Positions 54,224-63,283 of a DNA stretch of 64,000 bases are shown here, one piece after another. The notes beneath the pieces are model-generated. The model was not told the DNA's origin and did no database searches. It worked only from the letters and a program-made list of their open reading frames with translations. Each line of letters begins with the position of its first letter. Within the stretch, counting starts at the first letter, position 1. The DNA is from a virus (lineage: Duplodnaviria > Heunggongvirae > Uroviricota > Caudoviricetes): the IMG/VR virus record IMGVR_UViG_3300042154_004306; one strand, 5' to 3'. The position numbers and the translations under genes were made by a program.

Positions 54224-55789
54224 ATGAGAATCATTAAATCTTACTCAGAATTCATTACTGAAAATTTAAACAATGAAGGCTTAGGCGAACTTGGTAAAAA
54301 GGCAATTGGTGCAGTTAAAGGCTTTCTTGGAAAAGCCGGCGGTTTCTTAAGTGCTTTAAAAGCCCAAATGAGCGGCAAGCGATCAGAAAACGGTGCAGAT
54401 GGTACTATTCCGTATGGCGTAACTATCATTCCATCGGCAGCCGATGCACAGGCACTTGATATTACGGAAATGCCACAAATCACAAGAGATGGGGAATCTG
54501 ATTCTGCAGATGTTGATGAAGCTGTGGTTCCATTGGACTTTCCAAATGTGAAGGCTGGTGTTATAAATGTGGGAGCTGAGAGACTATTAAGAATTATCAA
54601 CAGAGTCCTTAAAAACAAGGACGAACGTCCGATAATGATATGGGGAGCACCAGGTATTGGTAAAACATCAGTCGTTAAAGCGGTTCAAAAACAATACGGA
54701 GGCCGTATGATTGATGTACAGTTGACAACCTATGCACCAGAAGATTTCTTCTTACCTGAAGTAGAAGGTTCAACTTCACAGCAGGGCCGATATTCACGTA
54801 GAGCAGGTCGTGTTCCACAGGGCTGGTTACCGGTTTATCACGAGTCTGAAGGTCAAGAAGGTAATGATAAAGCAAACGGCCCAGATGGAAAGGGCGGAAT
54901 TATCTTCTTAGACGAATTATCAAGAGCTAAAGAGGCAATCCGTAATATTTGTTTGAAACTTGTACTCGATAGAGAAATGGATGGAGGTTGGAAATTAGGT
55001 AGCAACTGGACGATCATTGCTGCCTCTAACCGAATGGAAGACGATGAAACTAATACATCCGAATTTGGTTCTGCCCTAGGTAATCGTTTCCAACAGGTAA
55101 ACTATTCACCATCCATTAAAGATTACAGTAAGTATGCACTTTCTGCAAAAAGTGAAACTGGCGAAGACCTATTTGATCCACGTATTATTTCATTTTTGAA
55201 CTGGACAAAAGGTCAAGACTTTTTTCACAAATACGATCCAGACGTCTCTGGTACTATTTTCCCAAGCCCACGTTCATGGGAAGCGGCTGCCATTGCTTTG
55301 AAAAATCTTAAGAGGGAATCTGCTGAGTCTGGCATGACACTAACTCCAGAAATTATTGAAAACGAAGCAATTGCACCAAATGTAGGTAAAGAAGCTGCAA
55401 GCATGTTCATGGGTTACTATGCACTATCTCAAAAGATCGACCTTGATAAAATGAATTTGGTGTACTCTGATCCAATGAATGCACCGTTACCTCCTAAATC
55501 AAGAGGTAGTAATGATTACGAAATCGATTCAGCATACATCCTTGCATCAGCAATTGCATACGAATACCGGGACAGAGATCTAACTGATCAGGAAATTGAC
55601 AACTTATTTGAGTATATTATTAGAGTCGGCGATCCAACTGTTGCGATTCAAATTCTATCAGCAGTTAGAGAGAACCAGCCAAATGTCGCAAAAAATACTT
55701 ATCCAGCAACTGTTGCTGGACTTAAAAAATTCTTGGCTGCATATCCTGGTTCAACTAGAGAAATTCAAGCCGCAAATCTTAATCCATAA
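54224..55789 (+). CDS. MoxR-like AAA+ ATPase carrying the family leader MRIIKSYSEFITEN
   Basis: 521 aa. Walker A IWGAPGIGKTSVVKAV, Walker B IIFLDELSRA; AATAAATAA at 54193-54201. Confidence 0.75.
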   Translation: MRIIKSYSEFITENLNNEGLGELGKKAIGAVKGFLGKAGGFLSALKAQMSGKRSENGADGTIPYGVTIIPSAADAQALDITEMPQITRDGESDSADVDEAVVPLDFPNVKAGVINVGAERLLRIINRVLKNKDERPIMIWGAPGIGKTSVVKAVQKQYGGRMIDVQLTTYAPEDFFLPEVEGSTSQQGRYSRRAGRVPQGWLPVYHESEGQEGNDKANGPDGKGGIIFLDELSRAKEAIRNICLKLVLDREMDGGWKLGSNWTIIAASNRMEDDETNTSEFGSALGNRFQQVNYSPSIKDYSKYALSAKSETGEDLFDPRIISFLNWTKGQDFFHKYDPDVSGTIFPSPRSWEAAAIALKNLKRESAESGMTLTPEIIENEAIAPNVGKEAASMFMGYYALSQKIDLDKMNLVYSDPMNAPLPPKSRGSNDYEIDSAYILASAIAYEYRDRDLTDQEIDNLFEYIIRVGDPTVAIQILSAVRENQPNVAKNTYPATVAGLKKFLAAYPGSTREIQAANLNP

Positions 55790-56523
55790 TGAAAAGACTC
55801 CTAGACTGGAATAGTTTTAACCAATACAGCCAATTCTCTAAATCCAATCTAGTTTTAGAGAATCAAATGGATGATCCAAATTCTAAGATAACTAGAATTA
55901 AAGTATCCTATGCATTTCAAGTCTTAACTGGTAGATACCGCTTTTTTGCAGAGCTTGCCTATAAACTCAAAATCGTTTATACAAGACACCCGCAAATTCA
56001 AACTGCTGCGGTTGACGGCGTCCACCTATTCATTAATCCTGATTTCTTTGCTCCACTGACTGAAAAACAAATAGTCTTTATCTTGTGCCATGAAGTTTTG
56101 CACTGTGCACTTCTACACTTTGCTAGAATGGAGGGCAGAGATCCTGAAAAATGGAATATCGCAGGCGACTATGAGATTAACTTAATGTTAGCGGATGACG
56201 GTATTATCTCAAAAGCAGAAATTGCAAATGACCTTCGAGGTCTAATAGACGATAAGTATAAGGGCCTGAATGCAGAACAAATATACGTAGAAGTTGAATC
56301 TGCTCCGAAGCCAAAGAAAAAGCCGGGTAACGGTGGAAGCGGTGGAAAAGAAGGAGGTTTAGGTCCAAGTGGAGGTCAAGAGCAACCTCTCTCAGTTGGA
56401 GACATTATTAGAAATGAAAGAACTGGTGGATATGGCGTAGTTACTAGCATAAATGAAGCAACTGGAGAAGTTGATTATGATCCAGTCGATAAAGAAGAAG
56501 CAATTAAAATAGTAAACGGATAA
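55789..56523 (+). CDS. HExxH protein resembling the N-terminal putative metallopeptidase module of DUF2201/VWA-partner proteins
   Basis: 244 aa. FILCHEVLHCALLHF (HExxH); Gly-rich C-terminus. Confidence 0.45.
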   Translation: MKRLLDWNSFNQYSQFSKSNLVLENQMDDPNSKITRIKVSYAFQVLTGRYRFFAELAYKLKIVYTRHPQIQTAAVDGVHLFINPDFFAPLTEKQIVFILCHEVLHCALLHFARMEGRDPEKWNIAGDYEINLMLADDGIISKAEIANDLRGLIDDKYKGLNAEQIYVEVESAPKPKKKPGNGGSGGKEGGLGPSGGQEQPLSVGDIIRNERTGGYGVVTSINEATGEVDYDPVDKEEAIKIVNG

Positions 56524-57602
56524 TGAGAGCAAGTTTAGATGAAATAGTAAAGATAACGAAACCTGGCCAGGGCGGAGGTTCCGGTTCGGATCAGCCAGAT
56601 CAACAGCCCCGACAAAAAACTGATTCACTTGGAGATAAAAAACCTGGCGAAGATCAGGACGGCGGTTCTAGTTCGGATCAGCCAAAAACCGATTCACTTG
56701 GAGACAAAAAACCAGGCGAAGATCAGGACGGCGAAAGCAGCGGTTCAAGTAGCAGTTCAAGTAAAGGCCCAATGGTAAAGACTGAAGATTTTTCAGACGA
56801 TGCACAGGTTACGGTAGTTAGAGGCCCAATGACTGGTGAAGTAATTTCTAAGGAACATGGTAGGCAAATTGCCGGTGAAGAAGGCGTCGAAGGCGGCCGT
56901 GCTATGTCTGACCAGGATTGGAAAGACTTGGGTCGCAAGCTTGCACAAACACATCTCAGTCCAAGATCAAAGAGTAAGGGTTCAGGTAGGGGTGCAATCT
57001 ATCAACGAATCATGGAGCTAACAGAGCCAAAGGTAAACTGGAGACAAGAGCTTAAACGATTCATTGGCAGACTAGCTTCATCAAGTTCTTTTAAATTGCC
57101 TAACCGTCGACACATATCGGCCGGTCAATATCGATACGGTTTAGAGGATACTGATAATGCACTAGATAATGCAGCCGTTGCACTAGACGTTAGTGGTTCA
57201 ATAGCAAACTCCTTTCCAGAATTGGCAGCAGAAGTAGTCGGTATTGTTAAAGCCAAAAAGATCAAGACTGTTTCAATACTACCTTTTGCCAATACAGTAG
57301 TTGATCCATTCCAAATTAGAGGTTTCAAAAAACCCACACCTGATGACTTTGCAAAAGTTAGAACTGGCGGAGGTACTGAAGCAATCCCGGATGTAATTGA
57401 CTGGATTGATACAAATCTAAAGGGCAAGATTGATTTTGTAGTAATCATGACAGATGGTCATTTAACAAATGCGCTACCGCCTGCTCCTAAAAATTGGGGT
57501 AAAAAGACTCTATGGTTAGTATTTGATAATCCAGGTTTTGATGTACCTTCAGATTGGGGCCGAATCATTCATGCAAATGGAGATAAAGGCTATTGGAACT
57601 AA
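56523..57602 (+). CDS. von Willebrand factor A domain protein with repetitive acidic N-terminus
   Basis: 359 aa. MIDAS ALDVSGSIANSF; N-terminal tandem TDSLGDKKPGEDQDG repeats. Confidence 0.65.
   Translation: MRASLDEIVKITKPGQGGGSGSDQPDQQPRQKTDSLGDKKPGEDQDGGSSSDQPKTDSLGDKKPGEDQDGESSGSSSSSSKGPMVKTEDFSDDAQVTVVRGPMTGEVISKEHGRQIAGEEGVEGGRAMSDQDWKDLGRKLAQTHLSPRSKSKGSGRGAIYQRIMELTEPKVNWRQELKRFIGRLASSSSFKLPNRRHISAGQYRYGLEDTDNALDNAAVALDVSGSIANSFPELAAEVVGIVKAKKIKTVSILPFANTVVDPFQIRGFKKPTPDDFAKVRTGGGTEAIPDVIDWIDTNLKGKIDFVVIMTDGHLTNALPPAPKNWGKKTLWLVFDNPGFDVPSDWGRIIHANGDKGYWN
56577..56732 (+). repeat. imperfect tandem duplication (~69-87 bp unit) inside the vWA gene
   Basis: ggttcCGgttcggatcagcca ... tgattcacttggagaTaaaaaacctggcgaagatcaggacggc repeated with an 18-nt deletion in copy 2. 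Confidence 0.7.
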
Positions 57603-57629
57603 GATAAAGTAAATAACATATATAACCAA

Positions 57630-57667
57630 AGGCTTAGACTAACGTTTAAGCCTTTTTTGTTTTTGGT
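57630..57667 (+). terminator. rho-independent terminator
   Basis: aaaggcttagactaacgtttaagcctttttt. Confidence 0.6.
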
Positions 57668-57751
57668 CAAGTCGGTCGTGGAGGCTAGCAGGTCTGCAAA
57701 ATCGGCGGAGTTGGTTCGAGTCCCGCATCTTCCGCTTTTTGGTATAATATA

Positions 57752-57776
57752 TTTGAACAATTTAAAAAGAAATAAG
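57752..57776 (+). promoter_or_regulatory. conserved upstream motif TTTGAACAATTTAAAAAGAAATAAG (copy 1 of 4)
   Basis: Near-identical copies at 57935-57961, 58601-58626 and 58867-58890, each ending 0-6 nt before an ATG. Confidence 0.5.
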
Positions 57777-57929
57777 ATGAAGCAAAAGTTTTTAAAGTAT
57801 TATCCCTTTTGGTTAGGTATAATAGTATTAGGTAGTATCAATGGTTATCCTATTATGAGAGAATGCCCTTCTGTACCAATGCTGTTTATGTTTCTTATAG
57901 GATGGTTTAGATTCACTAAAATACATTAA
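57777..57929 (+). CDS. small membrane protein (start MKQKFLKYYPFWLG)
   Basis: Trimmed from track ORF 57657; ATG directly follows the conserved upstream motif. Confidence 0.35.
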   Translation: MKQKFLKYYPFWLGIIVLGSINGYPIMRECPSVPMLFMFLIGWFRFTKIH

Positions 57930-57958
57930 TATTGTTTGAACAATTTAAAAAAATAACA

Positions 57959-58252
57959 ATGACACACATTAAAGTAACATATCTTGCTTGTGATTTTGAA
58001 GATAGATTTCCAATCATATCAGCTGATTCGTTTGATAATTTAAAATTAGCATTAGATGAATATTGCGGTGCTGATGAAAGAAATACAGGTAGATGTTTAG
58101 GATTTACTCCACATAATACAAAGTATCCAGATGATTATGAAGGTTATTATGAATATGAATGTTGTAAGAATGGTAATGATTGGAATGGTGGAACATATAC
58201 AGACAAGTTTAGAGTGTATTGTGTTGAATTTTATCCAAAGACTTACATATAA
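57959..58252 (+). CDS. Cys-rich small protein (start MTHIKVTY)
   Basis: Trimmed from track ORF 57932, because the first 27 nt are the conserved upstream motif. Confidence 0.4.
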   Translation: MTHIKVTYLACDFEDRFPIISADSFDNLKLALDEYCGADERNTGRCLGFTPHNTKYPDDYEGYYEYECCKNGNDWNGGTYTDKFRVYCVEFYPKTYI

Positions 58253-58274
58253 CAAAACTTTAAATTAAGAAGAA

Positions 58275-58535
58275 ATGAAATTAGAAGCACAAAACTCGGA
58301 TAAAAAACAGAAACCGCAATTGAATATACTTGCTGTTATAAGAAGTAAAATTAAAAATATGGAATATGCTGACAAGTGGGATTATTTTTTCTTCAGACCG
58401 TGTGGTATTATATTTCTAATACTTTTGGTTTTAAAAATAACAACTATAATATCTGTAAGTTGGTGGGTAGTATTTACACCTGTTATCATACCAATATTGG
58501 TTTTATGGTGGGAACTTTCAAAAAATGCAGGTTAG
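58275..58535 (+). CDS. small membrane protein
   Basis: 86 aa, 2 TM helices. Confidence 0.4.
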   Translation: MKLEAQNSDKKQKPQLNILAVIRSKIKNMEYADKWDYFFFRPCGIIFLILLVLKITTIISVSWWVVFTPVIIPILVLWWELSKNAG

Positions 58536-58626
58536 TTGTTGATTTTTAATTTTATTTTTTATAACTGTCAGCTACAAGCAGTGCCTCATTTACATTAAAG
58601 CAAGTTAAAATTTAAAAAGAAATAAG

Positions 58627-58890
58627 ATGGAAGAATCACTTGAAAAAGCAGCACATAAAATGCTTATGGATTTTGGAATTATGTCAGTTGGTGAATCAAT
58701 TAATGTCTTAAATGTTAAAAAATTAATGGTACTTTTTGCTAAAGAGCAACAAGAAAGAAGTTATAGTGAAGAAGATATGAGAAAAGCTTTTATTGCAGGA
58801 GGAAATTCAAACATAACTGAAGATGATGGATATGGCAGTATATATTTAAAGTATATGGATAAATGGTTTGAACAATTTAAAAAGAAATAA
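58627..58890 (+). CDS. small hypothetical protein
   Basis: 87 aa; C-terminus WFEQFKKK overlaps the conserved motif. Confidence 0.4.
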   Translation: MEESLEKAAHKMLMDFGIMSVGESINVLNVKKLMVLFAKEQQERSYSEEDMRKAFIAGGNSNITEDDGYGSIYLKYMDKWFEQFKKK

Positions 58891-58896
58891 CTAATA

Positions 58897-59256
58897 ATGA
58901 ACACACCAGTAAATTATAAATTAGCAAAGTTGCTAGAAAAAAAAGGATTTGATGAACCTTGTAAACTATGTGTAGAAGAGGGAGATGAAATGCCATTACC
59001 ATTTAATTGTGGAGACACAATTCATAGAAACAGTTTACATCCGTATTATTCAGCACCAACTATAGCAGAAGTAGTAATGTGGATATATGATAAATATGGT
59101 ATTTGGATTTATGCTGAAAGATATTCTACCTTATTTAGATGTTATGCAGAAGAAATAGGTGATGAAAGATTTGGTAAGTGGGAAGGTCATAAATATGAAT
59201 CACCAACAGAAGCATACTTAGCAGCTATTGAATATACACTTAATAAACTTATTTAA
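58897..59256 (+). CDS. hypothetical protein, GFDEPC family (paralog 1)
   Basis: 119 aa; KKGFDEPCKLC. Confidence 0.45.
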   Translation: MNTPVNYKLAKLLEKKGFDEPCKLCVEEGDEMPLPFNCGDTIHRNSLHPYYSAPTIAEVVMWIYDKYGIWIYAERYSTLFRCYAEEIGDERFGKWEGHKYESPTEAYLAAIEYTLNKLI

Positions 59257-59258
59257 TA

Positions 59259-59660
59259 ATGAACACAGATAAAGATTTTGCACCATACCAACCAAGTTTT
59301 GATATGAAAGAACTTGGATTTGATGAACCTTGTTTTGGATATTATTACACACTTGATGGGAAAGATTGGAAATTTGCTGATGATAAACAATATGATTCAC
59401 TTGATGAGTTTTATAACATTGGTTCTAAGTTTACCATCTCAGCACCACTTTATCAACAATGTTTCAGATGGTTTAGAGAGAAATATGAGATGGAAGGTAT
59501 TACACAACGAGCAGAAGATTTTATGTGGTATAAATGGACAATATACCAATACAATGAAAATGGTAAGAAATATGTTTTTGATTGGTGTGAATATAAAACC
59601 TACGAAGAAGCAGAACAAGCTTGTTTAGATAGACTAATAAAAATAGTAAAAAATAAATAA
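59259..59660 (+). CDS. hypothetical protein, GFDEPC family (paralog 2)
   Basis: 133 aa; KELGFDEPCFGYYY ... SAPLYQQCFRWFREKY ... YKTYEEAEQACL. Confidence 0.5.
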   Translation: MNTDKDFAPYQPSFDMKELGFDEPCFGYYYTLDGKDWKFADDKQYDSLDEFYNIGSKFTISAPLYQQCFRWFREKYEMEGITQRAEDFMWYKWTIYQYNENGKKYVFDWCEYKTYEEAEQACLDRLIKIVKNK

Positions 59661-59661
59661 T

Positions 59662-59904
59662 ATGAACATATTAACAGCAGAAGAATTTTTAGAAGAAATG
59701 GATAAAGATAATGATGACCTTAATTCTATTATTGAAAGAGCAATGATTGAATTTGCTAAAACGCATGTGGAAGCAGCTTTAAAATTAGCTAGTGAGAATG
59801 CAGAAATGGAATATGAACCAGATTGGTCAGGAGAACAAGAAGATATTACTTATATTAACAGAGATTCAATATTAAATGCTTATCCATTAACAAATATAAA
59901 ATAA
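59662..59904 (+). CDS. small acidic hypothetical protein
   Basis: 80 aa. Confidence 0.4.
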   Translation: MNILTAEEFLEEMDKDNDDLNSIIERAMIEFAKTHVEAALKLASENAEMEYEPDWSGEQEDITYINRDSILNAYPLTNIK

Positions 59905-59905
59905 T

Positions 59906-60331
59906 ATGAAAAGAGAATTTGTACCCTACGAACAAGCATTAGCTTTAAAAGAATTAGGATTTGATGAACCTTGTTTTGGGTATTACAATGTCAGCAACCA
60001 AGAACTAATAGAAGACTTATCAAATAATAGAACAGGAAATGATGATTCGAGATGGGCATCAGCACCACTCTACCAACAAGCATTTAGATGGTTTAGAGAG
60101 AAGTATAATATATCCTACAGTATTGATTGGATGAGTAGAAGTTCAGAATTTTATAATGGGTATTATGTTCATTTTAGAGGGATTAATGATAATAAAATTA
60201 ATCAAGAAAATTTTATAGTGTTGAATGATGAATTACCATCTAAAGGATATAAAGTTTATAAAACCTACGAAGAAGCAGAACTTGAATGTTTGATTAAGTT
60301 AATAGAAATAGTTAAAAACAATAACAAATGA
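59906..60331 (+). CDS. hypothetical protein, GFDEPC family (paralog 3)
   Basis: 141 aa; KELGFDEPCFGYYN ... SAPLYQQAFRWFREKY ... YKTYEEAELECL. Confidence 0.5.
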   Translation: MKREFVPYEQALALKELGFDEPCFGYYNVSNQELIEDLSNNRTGNDDSRWASAPLYQQAFRWFREKYNISYSIDWMSRSSEFYNGYYVHFRGINDNKINQENFIVLNDELPSKGYKVYKTYEEAELECLIKLIEIVKNNNK

Positions 60332-60699
60332 AAACAATAACACTTGATGGGGTAGATTACAACTTAACTCCTATTGAAAAACAATCTAAGCCAATAATCT
60401 TAGAACAACATCTAAAGTTTGAAGTGTACCCTAAAGATTTGGGTCAACATAATTGGGAAGATGCGAAAAAAGTATGTGAAGATTTGGGTGAAGGATGGAG
60501 ATTACCTACAAAAGAAGAATTGCATCTTATATGGCTCAATAAAGAGAGTATTGGGGGTTTTGCCGCTGCCTACTATTGGAGTTCTAGTGAGGGCAGTAGC
60601 TACTTCGCCTGGAGTCAGCTCTTTGCCAATGGCGATCAGGACTACGACAGCAAGAACTACCCAACCTATGTTCGAGCGGTTCAGGATGTAAAAATTTAA
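60328..60699 (+). CDS. DUF1566 (Lcl C-terminal / Fib_succ_major-like) domain protein
   Basis: 123 aa. GWRLPTKEEL ... YWSSS ... AW ... NG ... YVRAV pattern; N-terminus ITLDGVDYNLTPIEK shares a motif with ORF 47405. Confidence 0.5.
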   Translation: MKTITLDGVDYNLTPIEKQSKPIILEQHLKFEVYPKDLGQHNWEDAKKVCEDLGEGWRLPTKEELHLIWLNKESIGGFAAAYYWSSSEGSSYFAWSQLFANGDQDYDSKNYPTYVRAVQDVKI

Positions 60700-60709
60700 A
60701 ATAAAACAT

Positions 60710-60937
60710 ATGAGCACATACATTTTAATTTACATTGCAGGATTTATAGTTTCTTATTATGGTCGGAAATTATTAGATGCAACACATGATTGGGAAAGTG
60801 TTGGATTTAGATTATTTATGTCTATTTTTAGCTGGGTATCTGTAGTGATTGGTATTGTTGTATTAATAGTATTTTTAATCCAAAAGTTTTTTCAAAACAC
60901 TAAAATATTTAAAAACGAACCACCGAAATGGTTATAA
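60710..60937 (+). CDS. small membrane protein
   Basis: 75 aa, 2 TM helices. Confidence 0.4.
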   Translation: MSTYILIYIAGFIVSYYGRKLLDATHDWESVGFRLFMSIFSWVSVVIGIVVLIVFLIQKFFQNTKIFKNEPPKWL

Positions 60938-61061
60938 AACAAAGATTATGAAGAACATACACAAAATAAATGAAAACATCTAAAGTAGGGTCATTCGCGA
61001 TGAAAACTGAAACTCGATGAAAACTTATCGAATATAAATAGTTTTAAAGAGATTATCAATT

Positions 61062-61973
61062 TTGAAATTATTAGATTTTACTGAATTCGTTAATGAAGCT
61101 GCATTAAAACAACACTTCGAGGATCGGACCCGTCAAAGAATCATGAATTCGTTGATTGTTACCTTATCTGACAAGACGCTTACTTTATTAAGAGAAAATG
61201 GAATTTCTACAATAGAAGTTCAACCAAAAATAGCTGATCTAATTAGACAAGAGTTTGAAAGTAAGGTTAGAGTTATACAAAGAAATGATTTTGCTAATAG
61301 GCACGTTGCTGACATAATGTTGATTCCAATCATTAAGATTGGAAAGTTTGAAGCTCCGGTTAAAATGTCGGTTGAGTCAGTAGACATTGACCCAAAGACA
61401 CAAAGGGAAATTATAAAGATATATCATGGCGAAATGATAGTCGGCTATATAAATCATAATGAGGCTGTAACGCTAAAAGTTTTCCCAACTTCGGTGTCTC
61501 ATGAAGAACTCGCTAAGAATTCAAACGATCATCACATAAGAAAATTCGGAAGGACGGTAGACACTCAAGTTATTGAGCATGAGAGTTCAAAACTACTAAT
61601 CTCAGTTAAGGAAGACGGTACTGTCGAAAAATTAGAAAAGGCGAGTGCCAATTTTAAAAAGATCGCTAAAGTCGAAAGCGAGTATACTCTTTCACCCGGT
61701 AGAATAATATCAGTATGGATTCCTTTCATGCGCGATTTCGTACCGGTTGAGATAGTTGAGGTCATGAACCGAACGAGTGCTAGAGCTGATGGATTTGTGA
61801 AAGTGTTAGTTCAATTACCGGACGGTCGTAAGGTTCCAAAAACTCTGAAACCTGGAGATCAAGTAAAGACTCCAGGTAAAGATGGAGACGGCCTCGTTGA
61901 TAAAAAAGTAGCAGATTCACTATTCGTAGACTATGATAAACGCGGTGGAGAATTTGCCATTAAATTCACCTAA
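61062..61973 (+). CDS. hypothetical protein with leader MKLLDFTEFVNEAAL
   Basis: 303 aa, leader family. Confidence 0.6.
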   Translation: MKLLDFTEFVNEAALKQHFEDRTRQRIMNSLIVTLSDKTLTLLRENGISTIEVQPKIADLIRQEFESKVRVIQRNDFANRHVADIMLIPIIKIGKFEAPVKMSVESVDIDPKTQREIIKIYHGEMIVGYINHNEAVTLKVFPTSVSHEELAKNSNDHHIRKFGRTVDTQVIEHESSKLLISVKEDGTVEKLEKASANFKKIAKVESEYTLSPGRIISVWIPFMRDFVPVEIVEVMNRTSARADGFVKVLVQLPDGRKVPKTLKPGDQVKTPGKDGDGLVDKKVADSLFVDYDKRGGEFAIKFT

Positions 61974-62106
61974 ACTTTTCAATACTCAAGAGTATTATAT
62001 AATCATAACTGGAACATAGAGCCTCGCTCTGTTCGTCTCGGGTTTACGAGCCCTTGAGTAATCGCATAAGGTTACGATGAGATGAGCAAAAAATAACATA
62101 ACTACT

Positions 62107-62895
62107 ATGTACCAACAAACAATCACAACCGGTGGTTCGACTGCAGTATTTAATACTTTTTCCAGTCAACCCCAACCCACTGCTCACATCACAAAGGGCA
62201 GAGGAAGACTAAAGACTTACGGTCAGTCAGTCTATCTAAAAGACAGTTCACATTTTGAAATTGAACTGCACAATCCAAAAACAACACCAGTTCTTGCAAA
62301 AATCTGGATAAATGGGAAACTATTATCGAATGCAGGAATTATCGTGAGACCGGGCCAGAGAGTCTATCTTGAAAGATTCATGGATGTTGCCAAAAAATTC
62401 AAGTTTGAAACTTACGACGTTGATACGTCAACTGGAACTGTTCAAGCAATCGCTGATAACGGCAAGGTCGAAGTGCACTTCTATGATGAAGTTTCTTATT
62501 GGTTAAACTGCACCTCAGGTTCGAATTTATGGCAGCAGCCATTTACGTACACGACCCACCAGTGGCCAGGCCATACTCTAACTTCTAATATTGGAGGTTC
62601 AGCTAATGCATTTTACTGCGCAAGTTCATTAGGTCCACAGGGCCCAGCTGGAATACCGGCTTCGATGGAGACCGGTCGAATTGAAAAAGGCGAAAGCTCT
62701 AGTCAAAACTTTGAATACACAGACGGTCAATACAATCCATGGAGCTGCACAACAGTTAAGTGGCAGATTCTACCTGAGAGCAAAAAACCGGTCGAGATTG
62801 GAGAAATCCGCTCTTACTGCACAGGCTGTGGCACGCGTCACAAAAAATCAAGCTGGAAGTTCTGTCCTAATTGCGGAACCTCAGCCTCAGAATAA
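62107..62895 (+). CDS. hypothetical protein with C-terminal zinc ribbon
   Basis: 262 aa; CTGCGTRHKKSSWKFCPNCG. Gene bracketed by a 12-13 bp inverted repeat. Confidence 0.5.
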   Translation: MYQQTITTGGSTAVFNTFSSQPQPTAHITKGRGRLKTYGQSVYLKDSSHFEIELHNPKTTPVLAKIWINGKLLSNAGIIVRPGQRVYLERFMDVAKKFKFETYDVDTSTGTVQAIADNGKVEVHFYDEVSYWLNCTSGSNLWQQPFTYTTHQWPGHTLTSNIGGSANAFYCASSLGPQGPAGIPASMETGRIEKGESSSQNFEYTDGQYNPWSCTTVKWQILPESKKPVEIGEIRSYCTGCGTRHKKSSWKFCPNCGTSASE

Positions 62896-62965
62896 CAATT
62901 AGCCTAGAGCGAGGCTCAAATTGTTCCGATACCCCAGATAAATAAATTCAAATTATTTCACTAAA

Positions 62966-63274
62966 ATGGAGACTAATACCAATACAATCTTAAGCTTTCA
63001 AGAGTTCGTGAAGCATAATGTGCAAGGTCAAGTTGGCACAGAAATGCCAGCGACTGAATTTGAGCCAATGCACGACGAATTTCCTACTCCAGTAGAAGAA
63101 CCAACCATGTCTGAACCGGTTGGAGACGATATGCCTGTTCCAGCACAAGAGCCAATTAGCGATGAGCCTGAGACTGATTCAGCAGTTCACATGACAGACG
63201 ATGAAACCGGAGAAGCTGATGCCCCTGTAGTTGATGCAAACGTCATGATGGATGACGAGCCTAAAAAAGACTAA
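62966..63274 (+). CDS. acidic Pro/Glu-rich hypothetical protein
   Basis: 102 aa; GATAAATAAA at 62937-62946 upstream. Confidence 0.45.
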   Translation: METNTNTILSFQEFVKHNVQGQVGTEMPATEFEPMHDEFPTPVEEPTMSEPVGDDMPVPAQEPISDEPETDSAVHMTDDETGEADAPVVDANVMMDDEPKKD

Positions 63275-63283
63275 TTTTCCCAA

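Noticed and set aside
55596-55814. 72-aa ORF spanning the MoxR / HExxH gene junction
   Set aside because: Alternative frame overlapping two confidently coding genes.
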